Assembly: GCA_963740515.1 (NCBI GenBank)
Contig: CAVUEO010000039.1
Coordinates: forward strand, 173,344 to 197,343
DNA: 24,000 nt
Direction: 5' to 3'
DNA from: an uncultured Actinomycetota bacterium
GTDB taxonomy: Bacteria > Actinomycetota > Actinomycetes > Propionibacteriales > Propionibacteriaceae
The notes beneath the pieces were generated by a model. That model searched no databases. It was given only the letters and a program-made list of their open reading frames with translations, and was not told the DNA's origin. The stretch's first letter is position 1. Each line of letters begins with the position of its first letter. The translations under genes and the position numbers were made by a program. Shown here one piece after another: positions 15,674-24,000 of the stretch.

Positions 15674-17329
15674 GTGACGCGCCAGGTCCTGGAGGCTGAA
15701 GCGGGGGTGGTCGGACCAGCCGCTGCAGCCACTCAAGGCTCGCCACCTCCGCGCGTCCTCGGGGAACGACCCGTCAACCCGCCTACCACCGTCGAGCGCC
15801 TGCGGGTCGCGATGCCGAACGACCGCGTGAACGGCTGGTTGGTGACCTTGATCATCAGCGCGATCGCCTTCGTGATCCGCTTCGCTAATCTCGGCTATCC
15901 CAACAAGCTCGTCTTCGACGAGACCTACTACGCCAAGGACGCCTATTCGCTGCTGAAGTTCGGCTACGAACGCAACTGGCCGAGCGACGTCAATTCCAAG
16001 ATCATCGCTGGCGACGTGGATGTCATGCAGGAGACCGCCGCCTTCGTGGTACATCCGCAGCTCGGCAAGTGGCTGATCGCTGCCGGCGAGTACCTGTTCG
16101 GGATGAATTCGTTTGGCTGGCGGTTTGCCTCCTTGGTCTTCGGCACGCTGCTGATCATGGTCACCATCAGGCTGGTTCGCCGGGTCTCCAAGTCGACTCT
16201 GATCGGTGGCCTAGCCGGAGTCTTGCTCACCTTCGACGGCCTCGAATTCGTGATGTCGCGTACGGCGCTGCTCGACATCTTTCTCGCGTTCTTTGTGGTG
16301 GCCGGCGTCGCCTGCCTCGTCGCTGACCGGGAATGGTTCCGAAACCGCCTAGCGCGCCATCTGGAGCTTCGCGAGATCCCAGATCTCGGCGGTCAGTTCG
16401 GCCCTGTCCTGGCACTGCGTCCGTGGCGAATCGCGGCTGGGTTGTGCTTTGGTCTGGCCCTCGGCAGCAAGTGGAACGCGCTGTACCCACTCGCCGCGTT
16501 CGCACTGCTGTCACTGGCGTGGGACATCGGGGCGCGCAGCCTGGCGGGTGCCGGAGGACGGGCGAAGCAGGCGATCCTGCGAGATGGCCTTCCCGCTTTC
16601 TTTTCCTTGGTAGTGCTCAGCCTGGTTGTGTATGTCGGCACCTGGGCGAGCTGGTTGCTGACAAGCGGAGGCTACGACCGCGATTGGGGCGCCCAGAATC
16701 CGGAACACCCGACGGTGAGGTTGCTCGGCGAGCCGCTTGCTTCGTTGCTGCATTACCAATACGACATCTGGAACTTCCACACCGGCGACTTCATCAACCA
16801 GGCCCAGCACACCTACCGGGCCGACCCCGCCGGCTGGCTGATCGTGGCTCGACCAATCGGAATCGACGCCGTGAATGGCATCAAGCCGGGATCGGACGGT
16901 TGCCTAGGACCCGACAACTGCATTCGGGTGATCAGCGGTGTGGGGACGCCTGCGCTGTGGTGGGTTGCAGTGTTCGCGCTGGTCGCTGCGGCGATCTTGT
17001 GGGTGGGAGGCCGGGATTGGCGTTTCGGCATTCCGGTCGTCGGTGTGCTGAGCAGCTGGTTGCCATGGTTTGCCTTTCAATCGCGTCCTTTGTTCTTCTT
17101 CTATGCGATCTCGATCGTCCCGTTTTCAGTGATGGCGATAGCGCTGTGTGCTGGATGGATTCTCGGCGACGTACGCGCCGGCGACCGCCGCATGGTTGGC
17201 GCCATCATCATCGGGGCATTCGTGGCCCTGGTGGCCGCCAATTTTGCCTACATCTATCCGATCCTCACAGATGAACTACTGCCGTATCCGAAGTGGCTGT
17301 CCCGCATGTGGTTCCGGACCTGGATCTGA
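15674..17329 (+). CDS. pmt: Protein O-mannosyltransferase (polyprenol-phosphate-mannose dependent, GT39-like)
   Basis: 551 aa. LVFDETYYAKDAY motif, HPQLGKWLIA, multiple TM helices, similar in layout to mycobacterial Rv1002c-type Pmt, and divergent from rsmI as in mycobacteria. The start could instead be ATG 15812. Confidence 0.85.
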   Translation: MTRQVLEAEAGVVGPAAAATQGSPPPRVLGERPVNPPTTVERLRVAMPNDRVNGWLVTLIISAIAFVIRFANLGYPNKLVFDETYYAKDAYSLLKFGYERNWPSDVNSKIIAGDVDVMQETAAFVVHPQLGKWLIAAGEYLFGMNSFGWRFASLVFGTLLIMVTIRLVRRVSKSTLIGGLAGVLLTFDGLEFVMSRTALLDIFLAFFVVAGVACLVADREWFRNRLARHLELREIPDLGGQFGPVLALRPWRIAAGLCFGLALGSKWNALYPLAAFALLSLAWDIGARSLAGAGGRAKQAILRDGLPAFFSLVVLSLVVYVGTWASWLLTSGGYDRDWGAQNPEHPTVRLLGEPLASLLHYQYDIWNFHTGDFINQAQHTYRADPAGWLIVARPIGIDAVNGIKPGSDGCLGPDNCIRVISGVGTPALWWVAVFALVAAAILWVGGRDWRFGIPVVGVLSSWLPWFAFQSRPLFFFYAISIVPFSVMAIALCAGWILGDVRAGDRRMVGAIIIGAFVALVAANFAYIYPILTDELLPYPKWLSRMWFRTWI

Positions 17330-17350
17330 GCTGATCTATCCTTCGACCAT

Positions 17351-17388
17351 GATCACTGTGGACTGCTGAGCAGATCTCCACCGTGATC
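17351..17388 (+). terminator. Long hairpin just after the pmt stop (possible intrinsic terminator or attenuator, no U tract)
   Basis: GATCACTGTGGA (17351-17362) pairs with TCCACCGTGATC (17377-17388), 11/12 bp, around a 14-nt loop with an internal CTGC/GCAG mini-stem. A second small hairpin, CCGGA-cc-TCCGG, follows. Confidence 0.3.
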
Positions 17389-17497
17389 GCCGGACCTCCG
17401 GCGGCCGGGAGCCCATTCCCCTAAAGTGTTGAGCTGGCTTCGCACCACGGGGTCGACTCGCCGCCGCGTCGCGGGGGTGATGGGTGAAGGAGAGTCG

Positions 17498-18382
17498 ATG
17501 GAACAGCCGCGTGATCAGATGCGGTTCTCAGTCATCGTCCCGGCGTACAACGAAGCGGCCTACCTGGGCCGCGCGCTGGACTCGTTGCTGCACCAGGATT
17601 ACAACGGCAGATACGAGGTCATCGTCGTCGACAACAACAGCACCGACGGCACAGCGGCTATCGCGGCCCAGTACGGCGTACCCGTAGTCAAAGAATCCCA
17701 GCAGGGAGTCTGTGCGGCTCGCCAGCGGGGGGTTGATTGCGCCAGGGGCGAGATCATCATCTCCACCGATGCCGATACCACCCCCCCATCGGACTGGCTG
17801 CGTACGATTGATGCTCGCTTCTCCGAGTCAGAGGGGGTCGTCGCGGTTGCCGGTCCTTGCCGCTATCAAGATCCCTCGTGGTGGGCCAAGGCGTATCCGA
17901 TACTGCTCTTCGGGTTGGTAGCCAAGGTCTACGCGCTGACTGGATTCGTGTTCTATGTCAGCGCAACCAATATCGCTGTGCGGCGCACCGCATTCCCGGG
18001 CTACGACCTCAGACTCACTCAGGGCGGCGACGAGCTCGACCTGGTGCGGCGGCTACGGCGCCGGGGTCATGTGATCTGGGAGCGACACAACGTCGTGACC
18101 ACCTCTGCGCGCCGATTGCAGCGCGGGCTGCTCTACAACATCTTCGTGACTTTCTTCGTGTACTACCTGCTGGCGTACTGGTTCAACCGGCTGTCACAGC
18201 GGCAGGCTTTCGGTATGGCCCCGGCATTCCGCCAAGAGCACCGGCGGCCCTTCCCGTTGACTTGGGTGAGTCGGTGGGTGGTGCTGGGGATCTTGGCCGT
18301 CGGACTCACCTCGCTCGGTTTCGCCACAGGCGCCGGAGATGCGGCGGTGGACAGTCTGGCCCTGCTCTGGAACGGTCCGTGA
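17498..18382 (+). CDS. Family 2 glycosyltransferase with C-terminal membrane segments
   Basis: Track ORF 17426..18382. ATG 17498 is preceded by GAAGGAG. FSVIVPAYNEAAYLGRALDSLLHQ, VIVVDNNSTDGT, STDADT (DxD), VTTSARR motif, hydrophobic C-terminus. Confidence 0.85.
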   Translation: MEQPRDQMRFSVIVPAYNEAAYLGRALDSLLHQDYNGRYEVIVVDNNSTDGTAAIAAQYGVPVVKESQQGVCAARQRGVDCARGEIIISTDADTTPPSDWLRTIDARFSESEGVVAVAGPCRYQDPSWWAKAYPILLFGLVAKVYALTGFVFYVSATNIAVRRTAFPGYDLRLTQGGDELDLVRRLRRRGHVIWERHNVVTTSARRLQRGLLYNIFVTFFVYYLLAYWFNRLSQRQAFGMAPAFRQEHRRPFPLTWVSRWVVLGILAVGLTSLGFATGAGDAAVDSLALLWNGP

Positions 18383-19114
18383 GCCGACTGGGAACAGCGG
18401 CGCGAGCTACGGCTCTTGGCGTTTCCGCGCTCGGCGCGGCGGTGTATTTGACTGCCTTCCGGCCCCGCTCGCAGGTCTTCGGTTCGTTTCCGTACGCGGC
18501 GCAAACCGCGGAGAAGGTCGTCGCCCTCAGCTTCGATGACGGACCCAACGAGCCCTACACGTCACGGCTGCTCGACACGCTGGATACATACAACGTCAAG
18601 GCGACATTCTTTCAGGTCGGGCCGCTGTGCGCAACGGTTTCCGTCCACCACCCGGCGCGTGGTGCAGAGCGGCCACGTCCTGGGTAACCACAGTTACAGT
18701 CACTCATTCACCAGCTATCTCAAGCAGCCACGCCAGGAGATCGAGATCAGTCTTTCCCAGGAGGTGTTCTATTCGATCACCGGCCTGACGCCGGCGCTTT
18801 ATCGCCCGCCGTGGCTTTGCCACTGGCCGTGGGTGCTGAGCAGTCTGCGGCAGCACGAACTTCGGGTGGTGTCGGGTACCTTCGCCCATCCTTTGGAGAT
18901 CATGCAGCCTCCAGCCGCCAAGCTGGCGGAGTCGGCTGCGAGGCTCACCAGGCCAGGCACGATCTTGATCTTCCATGATGGTCAGGAAGCACGCGGCGGG
19001 CCGCGAGAACAGTCCGTGGCTGCCATCGGCCCCCTGATCGATCGGCTAGCCGATCGTGGTTATCGCTTCACCACCGTCGATCAGTTGCTCGGCATCAGCG
19101 CTTACGCATCGTGA
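18379..19114 (+). pseudogene. Polysaccharide deacetylase (CE4 / NodB homology), interrupted by a +1 frameshift (or a sequencing error)
   Basis: The GTG at 18379 overlaps the GT2 stop (GTGA). Frame 1 gives a signal/TM segment plus VALSFDDGPNEPYTSRLLDTLDTYNVKATFFQVG. Frame 2 (track ORF 18536..19114) continues CAQRFPSTTRRVVQSGHVLGNHSYSH...LYRPPW...ILIFHD. All NodB motifs are intact. The total length of 736 nt is not a multiple of 3. The shift is at G-run 18619-18621. Confidence 0.75.
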
Positions 19115-19716
19115 GTCCCAATGCTCGCTCCGCTCGCTCCTGATCGCGGAACCCAATCGGGGTTGCGGCCGAACGCGATGAGCAAGTCGGCTTGCGCGGT
19201 ATCACCCGGTGCAGAGTCCGGCCTTGCTGCTACCGCGCCTACGGAGCGCATGATCCCCTCCCGGTTGCGAAACCATGTCGCCACCTCCGCGACCAGCTCC
19301 GAGTCGAGCTTGCGGCTCTGGCCGGTGGCGACGGCCAGATCCCACCCGTGTATGAGGTGGTCGGCGGCCAACTGGCTGATGTATTCACCGATGTCTTCTT
19401 CGCCGTAGGAAAGGTGCACTCGACCGCCGGCCGGCAACCTCTCCGCGACTGCCGTCAGAGCCTCATCGGCTGCCGCGATCGCTGAGGCCTTCGGGTCTTC
19501 TCCCAGCAGATCGCCGTCGAACGCATCTCCCACTTCTGCGATGGTCTTGCCATCCACTAGTGGCTTGGTCCAGCGATCTTCCCCGACGACATGATTGACG
19601 AGGGCACGGACGTTCCAATCGGTGCACGGCGTGGGCCCGGACCAGTGGTCAGACAGGTTCGAGACGGTGTCCTTCCAGAATTCAACGCTGCGGCGGTACG
19701 TATTCTCCAGCGCCAT
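19102..19716 (-). CDS. TIGR03086-type / mycothiol-dependent maleylpyruvate-isomerase-like (DinB superfamily) protein
   Basis: 204 aa. N-terminal TPCTDWNVRALVNHVVGE, LAADHLIHGWDLAVATG, C-terminal LLIAFGRNPDW. Its 3' end overlaps the CE4 gene by 13 nt (convergent). Confidence 0.7.
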   Translation of the reverse strand: MALENTYRRSVEFWKDTVSNLSDHWSGPTPCTDWNVRALVNHVVGEDRWTKPLVDGKTIAEVGDAFDGDLLGEDPKASAIAAADEALTAVAERLPAGGRVHLSYGEEDIGEYISQLAADHLIHGWDLAVATGQSRKLDSELVAEVATWFRNREGIMRSVGAVAARPDSAPGDTAQADLLIAFGRNPDWVPRSGASGASIGTHDA

Positions 19717-19848
19717 TGCCTACCCCCAATTCATTGCTCGATTTCAGCGTGCTCGTTCTCTGGCGATACGTCCAGGCCCAGCCATGGAGCAGGAATAGCG
19801 ACAGTCGCCAGCTCTTGCTGATGTCGCAAAGTCCGTTGTCGGACCACA

Positions 19849-21168
19849 ATGAGTTCATGGCGATGCGGCGCAGCCGGGAGCGGCGGCCCTCAGTGGTGGA
19901 CATTAGTGGACGGGGTGCTCTTCGCCTTCGCCGGCCTGGCGACGATTTGGCTGGCCTACTTGGTGTTTCGTGCGAGCATCCATCCCGGCTGGCCAATGCT
20001 GTTGCTCATTGTGTTCTGGGTGCTGCTGACCTATCTGTTGCTGCCCAGGCTGCATCGCATTCTGACCCGGCTTTACGTCCCTGGCTACTTCATTGGCCGT
20101 GCCCGTACCAGCGACGGCCTGCTCGGGGATCCGGTCAATCTCGCACTGCGCGGTCTCGAGCCGCAGGTTCATGCCGCTCTGACCCGAGCGGGCTGGATTC
20201 GCGCTGACGATCTGAGTCTGACCAGCGGGCGGCGCATGTTGACGTCGACGCTGAGCCGGCGCAGCTATATCGAGGCGCCCGTGAGCCCGCTGCACCTATT
20301 CGATCGTCAGCAGGATTTCGCCTACCAGCAGGAGGTTGCGGGCAGCCCGTCCAAGCGGCACCACGTACGGTTCTGGCGTTGTCCTGAAGGCTGGATGCTT
20401 CCCGGCGGCTACCCGGTCGACTGGCTCGCGGCGGGCACCTACGACAAGAGCGTCGGGCTTTCCTTGTTCACCCTGCAGGTAACTCACAAGATCGAAGAGA
20501 ACACCGATATCGAGCGCGACTTCATTGTAGAGACCGTGAGTGCGGCGTCGCCGGAAGTTGAGGTGGAGGTGATCGAGGACTTCTCCACCGGTTACCACAG
20601 CCGCAACGGCGGCGGTGATCTGATCATTACCGACGGCAATTTGCCAATCATCGACCTACGGCGGATCGAGGTGCCCGAGACGGCGGTCGGCGAACACACC
20701 GACAGCCGAGACAAGCGACCCGCGCAGATCGTGTTCGGAGCTGGGGTGGCATTCCTTCGCGGATTGGCCTTCCTGCCGATTGCACTGCTGCTGTTCCTGC
20801 TGCCCGCGCAGTACGTGACGGGCGTGGATATCGAGGGTGGTCGTCCGGCGCTGATCTTCGTGGGAAGCGTGGTCGCCTTAGTTGCATTGATCGATATCGG
20901 ATTGGCGATTGCCGTTTTCGTCGGCCGCAACTGGGCCCGGATTGTGCTGATGTTGTCGTGTGTGCTGACCACCATGATCGCGTTCATCGGCAATGCCAAC
21001 GGGTCGGAGGCCGTCACTCTGGCTACCAGCCTGCCAACCGTCGGCATCAGCATCATGGTCTTGCTCGCCTTATCCAGCCACCGGGCTCGCGTGTACGCCA
21101 CCAGGGCCCGGCACCTTCCCAAGCGGGTTGCTGGGCGGCCGTACGCACCCGCCGCTATCTCATCGTGA
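19849..21168 (+). CDS. LssY_C-domain membrane protein (function unknown)
   Basis: 439 aa. N-terminal TM helices, then GDPVNLALRG...GWIRADDLS...PVSPLHLFDRQQDFAYQQEV...RHHVRFWRCP...AAGTYDKSVGLSLFTLQVTHKI (LssY C-terminal domain pattern), then 4 or more C-terminal TM helices. Confidence 0.6.
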   Translation: MSSWRCGAAGSGGPQWWTLVDGVLFAFAGLATIWLAYLVFRASIHPGWPMLLLIVFWVLLTYLLLPRLHRILTRLYVPGYFIGRARTSDGLLGDPVNLALRGLEPQVHAALTRAGWIRADDLSLTSGRRMLTSTLSRRSYIEAPVSPLHLFDRQQDFAYQQEVAGSPSKRHHVRFWRCPEGWMLPGGYPVDWLAAGTYDKSVGLSLFTLQVTHKIEENTDIERDFIVETVSAASPEVEVEVIEDFSTGYHSRNGGGDLIITDGNLPIIDLRRIEVPETAVGEHTDSRDKRPAQIVFGAGVAFLRGLAFLPIALLLFLLPAQYVTGVDIEGGRPALIFVGSVVALVALIDIGLAIAVFVGRNWARIVLMLSCVLTTMIAFIGNANGSEAVTLATSLPTVGISIMVLLALSSHRARVYATRARHLPKRVAGRPYAPAAISS

Positions 21169-21518
21169 GCCCACGCTTGGCGTGCAACCTGGCTCAGCCC
21201 AAGCAGTGACCGGGTGTGCGAGTCGATTCAGCCTCAACGCTGCAGACCATGACAGGCTGAATTGAGAAGTCACCTCTGGCTATCTCTGGAGAGGCGGGAC
21301 ACTTCTTGACGACGCGACATCCTGGCAACGGCTCTCCCCGGCTTTCCGGTGTTCGATCTTGCAGGCCTCATCGGACGCACAGGCTGGGGACTTTGGATTG
21401 CCGCCCTCGGCGTCACACTCCTGCTTCGCGCAAAGGTGAAAGAGGTCTGAATGGGCCGCGTTTCAAGCCATAGCCCTGCCAGCTTTCCAGCGTGCTCCGC
21501 ACCGACCTGGCGACCGGC

Positions 21519-22043
21519 CTACTGGCCGACACGTCCGTCAATACGCTCGCGCAAGAGATCGGCATGGCCGTTGTGGCGGGCGTACTCCTCGATCATGTGA
21601 ACCAGGAGCTCCCGCAGAGAGATTGGTTCGCCCGCGCCGTCCCGTCCAACGAAGCTGAGGTCGGTCTCGCGAGCGAACTGCTGGGCAAAGGCAACCTCGT
21701 CACGCCATGCGGCCCACGCCTCATCGACAACGGCCTGATCGGCCATGGCACCGTCGAAATCGCCATCGGGCTCGGCCTCGGACTGGTAGCGATTCGGTAC
21801 GTCCTGTCCCGCGAACCGTTGCCGGAACCACTTACGTTCCACCTCGGCCAGATGTCGCACTAGGCCAAGCAGTGACATCGTTGAAGGCTCGACCGCACGC
21901 CGAGCGAGCTGATCGGCGTCCAGCCCGTCACACTTCAGCTGCAAGGTGAGGCGTTGACCGCGCAGGAACTCGATCAACGTCGCCCGCTCATCACCGAGCG
22001 ACGTACCGCCCTCGCGCGGGTCAGAATCTGGATCGAGGAACAT
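21519..22043 (-). CDS. DinB-family (DUF664, mycothiol-transferase-like) protein
   Basis: C-terminal 174 codons of track ORF 21519..22568, from ATG 22043. ERATLIEFLRGQRLTLQLKCDGLDADQLARRAVEPSTMSLLGLVRHLAEVERKWF...LLVHMIEEYARHNGHADLLRERIDG. Confidence 0.8.
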   Translation of the reverse strand: MFLDPDSDPREGGTSLGDERATLIEFLRGQRLTLQLKCDGLDADQLARRAVEPSTMSLLGLVRHLAEVERKWFRQRFAGQDVPNRYQSEAEPDGDFDGAMADQAVVDEAWAAWRDEVAFAQQFARETDLSFVGRDGAGEPISLRELLVHMIEEYARHNGHADLLRERIDGRVGQ

Positions 22044-22170
22044 GTCGGCGCGATGCTGCGGCTTTGTCACGGCCCCATAGTTGCGGCGCGGCCGCACGAC
22101 GGCAACCCAGTTGGACCACGCGAGCGAACAATGACTCCGCGCCGCGACTGGGAGGTCAGTCCAGATCGAG

Positions 22171-23751
22171 CTACCGCACGGTGGTCTGGATCTCCACGGG
22201 CCAATGCAACTGGACTCCCATCGAGAGCAGTGTGCGTTGAAAATCAGCGAGCAAGCCGGGGGTGCTGCGTACGGCCCGTGCGCCGACCCGATGGTTGAGG
22301 CAGTACGCGGCAAGGGCGCCCGCCGCCTCGCCGACGTTCCATTCCACCGGATGGAGCCGATAGCAGCCATTGCTGATATGGGTGACACCCAGGCATTTTC
22401 CGGCTGCCAGCAGGTTGTCCAGCCTTTGCGGGAGTAAGGCGCCCAGAGGGATCTGAAACGGATAGGTCGCGATGTCGAGATACCCGCGTCCCGCCGTGCT
22501 CGGATGGAGGTCGATTCGGTACGAGCCGACGCCGACGGTGTCCGGGAAGGCCTCCGCCCGATCAGCACCCGGCCGAGCCTCCACTCCTATGTGGGTTTCC
22601 AACACGGTGAACTCGGCCGCGATTCGACGACTCTCCCGGACGTACGCGCTTGCCGCCAGCCCGTCTTCGGTACCAAGGACCTCCGGGCACAGGCGCAGCC
22701 CGGGATACCCGGTGTCCCCGTCTGGGCGCGGCGCGTCGGTCTGCAGCCAATGCACAAAGCACAGCGACAGCTCCCGCGCATTCCTCAGTGAGGCCCGCCG
22801 CTCCGCCTCGGGGACTCCGATCAGCGGCGTGAGCCAGTAGTCGACCTGCGGCCAGTTGACGAGCGTTACATCTGAGACATCATCGGTGTAGTGGCCGCCG
22901 TAGCGGATTCGGCGGAATGTCCACAGGTCACGCTCACCTGAATCTGAGAACAACGGGCGGCTCAGGGGTCTGCCGGTCTCCGGCTTTTGGGTCGTCCAGC
23001 CCAGTTGAGCGCCGGGCCAGAAATCGGCGCGGTAACTTCGCCAGAACTCATAACTCTCGGGCTTGTCGATGGTGTGGTCCTCCCCTGGTCGCCACTCCAG
23101 TGCGGCGCACCATGTGATCGCTTGCTGATCCATCGGATCCGCCGGGCCGGGGAGGGCGTGTGGCTCACCGGTCTGCGCGACGGATTCCGCACCCACAACA
23201 AGTTCGCAGTCCGCGAGCGGCAGCAAGTCCCCTTCCTCTGTCGCGTCGAGAATGTAGCCGGCTGCAATCGTCAGCTCGCCGCCGGTCTGCAGGTCTTCGA
23301 AGCTGACTGCCGAGATGTGGTCGTCGGTCACATCCACGCGGACTGGCTGATGTCGCATGAGGGAATAGAGCAGACCTTTAGCTTGAAGCGGACGCAACAT
23401 GTCCTCAAGCACGTCACGAAAGACTTCAGGTTCGGCGCTCAAATTGCTCACCCAGGCCGCGCCAGGATTGAACAGCGGATCTTGCCGGGCCTGCTCGGTC
23501 AGGCGTCTGGTCTGCTGGTACCGCGTCCTAACGGATTCCCGTAGCTGCCGGTATCTGGCCGTTATGCCTGTGGTTTCCACCCACGGATGCTCATCTGGTG
23601 GCACCGCTTGACCAGTGAGCTGACCACCGACCCGACTCCCGGCCTCGGTCAACACGACCAGACGGCCCATATCGCTCGCTGCCAATGCCGCCGCCACACC
23701 GCCGCAGCCGCCTCCGACAACCAACACGTCGCACGACAGTTCCATAGGCAC
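22171..23751 (-). CDS. FAD-dependent oxidoreductase (FAD_oxidored-type)
   Basis: 526 aa. N-terminal dinucleotide-binding motif CDVLVVGGGCGGVAAALAASDMG...LTEAGSRVGGQ. Confidence 0.75.
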   Translation of the reverse strand: MPMELSCDVLVVGGGCGGVAAALAASDMGRLVVLTEAGSRVGGQLTGQAVPPDEHPWVETTGITARYRQLRESVRTRYQQTRRLTEQARQDPLFNPGAAWVSNLSAEPEVFRDVLEDMLRPLQAKGLLYSLMRHQPVRVDVTDDHISAVSFEDLQTGGELTIAAGYILDATEEGDLLPLADCELVVGAESVAQTGEPHALPGPADPMDQQAITWCAALEWRPGEDHTIDKPESYEFWRSYRADFWPGAQLGWTTQKPETGRPLSRPLFSDSGERDLWTFRRIRYGGHYTDDVSDVTLVNWPQVDYWLTPLIGVPEAERRASLRNARELSLCFVHWLQTDAPRPDGDTGYPGLRLCPEVLGTEDGLAASAYVRESRRIAAEFTVLETHIGVEARPGADRAEAFPDTVGVGSYRIDLHPSTAGRGYLDIATYPFQIPLGALLPQRLDNLLAAGKCLGVTHISNGCYRLHPVEWNVGEAAGALAAYCLNHRVGARAVRSTPGLLADFQRTLLSMGVQLHWPVEIQTTVR

Positions 23752-23774
23752 TGGGGGTTACTCGGCCAACATGA

Positions 23775-24000
23775 TCAGCTAGCCGCGCTGGCAGAGGTGC
23801 GATTGGCACGAGTGCGGGCGAGCAGTGCCGTTCGTACCGCAATCTCCGCGTCTGGCCCGGCGCCGAGCGCGTCCAACCCGAGAAGTGCAGCACCGAGCAC
23901 CGGGGGGTCGTCCACGACGAGAAGGTTGGCGCGCGGAGCAAACGCAGCCAGGCGCCGCGACACACCTTCCATGAGCAGAACGTGTCGCGCCGCAAGGACG
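23775..24000 (-). CDS. BadF/BadG/BcrA/BcrD-type ATPase (N-acetylglucosamine-kinase-like), C-terminal fragment; the gene runs off the right edge
   Basis: The open frame continues to the window edge (..VLAARHVLLMEGVSRRLAAFAPRANLLVVDDPPVLGAALLGLDALG), typical of the C-terminus of this sugar-kinase family. Confidence 0.55.
   Translation of the reverse strand, partial: VLAARHVLLMEGVSRRLAAFAPRANLLVVDDPPVLGAALLGLDALGAGPDAEIAVRTALLARTRANRTSASAAS

Noticed and set aside
15593-16054. Upstream extension of the rsmI ORF (14705..16054), and similarly the N-terminal 175 codons of 21519..22568 and ORFs 16333..17274 and 8061..8711
   Set aside because: These extensions or ORFs overlap well-supported genes (pmt, FAD oxidoreductase, MFS) on the other strand or frame and have shadow-like composition. 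Family motifs begin only at the internal starts I chose.
1-24000. CRISPR arrays, rRNA genes, IS elements or transposases, toxin-antitoxin pairs, and known defence-system signatures
   Set aside because: I saw no regularly spaced short repeats, no rRNA-like sequence, no transposase/DDE or recombinase motifs, and no adjacent small-gene pairs with toxin or antitoxin motifs.

Overview
This is a high-GC actinobacterial chromosomal segment. All family assignments come from my own reading of the translations and motifs; no database was searched.

The core backbone holds the 5' part of glmU at the left edge, a tRNA-Gln(UUG), and a conserved envelope and ribosome-maturation neighbourhood. That neighbourhood is pmt divergent from rsmI-tatD-nitroreductase, followed by rpfB-rsmA(ksgA)-ispE.

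Around it sit single accessory genes:
- an MFS transporter
- an alpha/beta hydrolase with a divergent MarR regulator
- a translationally coupled GT2 glycosyltransferase and CE4 deacetylase pair
- TIGR03086-type and DinB-type proteins
- an LssY_C membrane protein
- an FAD oxidoreductase
- a BadF-type kinase fragment at the right edge

The unusual part is 580-7293. A 47-nt direct repeat equal to the 3' half of the tRNA-Gln (anticodon loop to discriminator) brackets about 6.6 kb of DNA between glmU and the intact tRNA. By eye this DNA has lower third-position GC than the flanks. It looks like an old tRNA-targeted integrated element that has lost its integrase, and nearly every gene in it is damaged:
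- An HTH-repeat gene has 3 frameshifts plus an in-frame TAG.
- A DUF4236-TPR gene is split over 3 frames.
- A PASTA membrane protein has a ~97% identical 195-nt tandem domain duplication and a frameshifted C-terminal Ca-binding-type motif.
- A SnoaL-like gene has compensating frameshifts.

I found no CRISPR array, rRNA, transposase, integrase or recognisable defence or toxin system, and no convincing evidence for a new multi-gene system. Several frameshifts sit in short homopolymer runs, so assembly error must be excluded before they are treated as biology.
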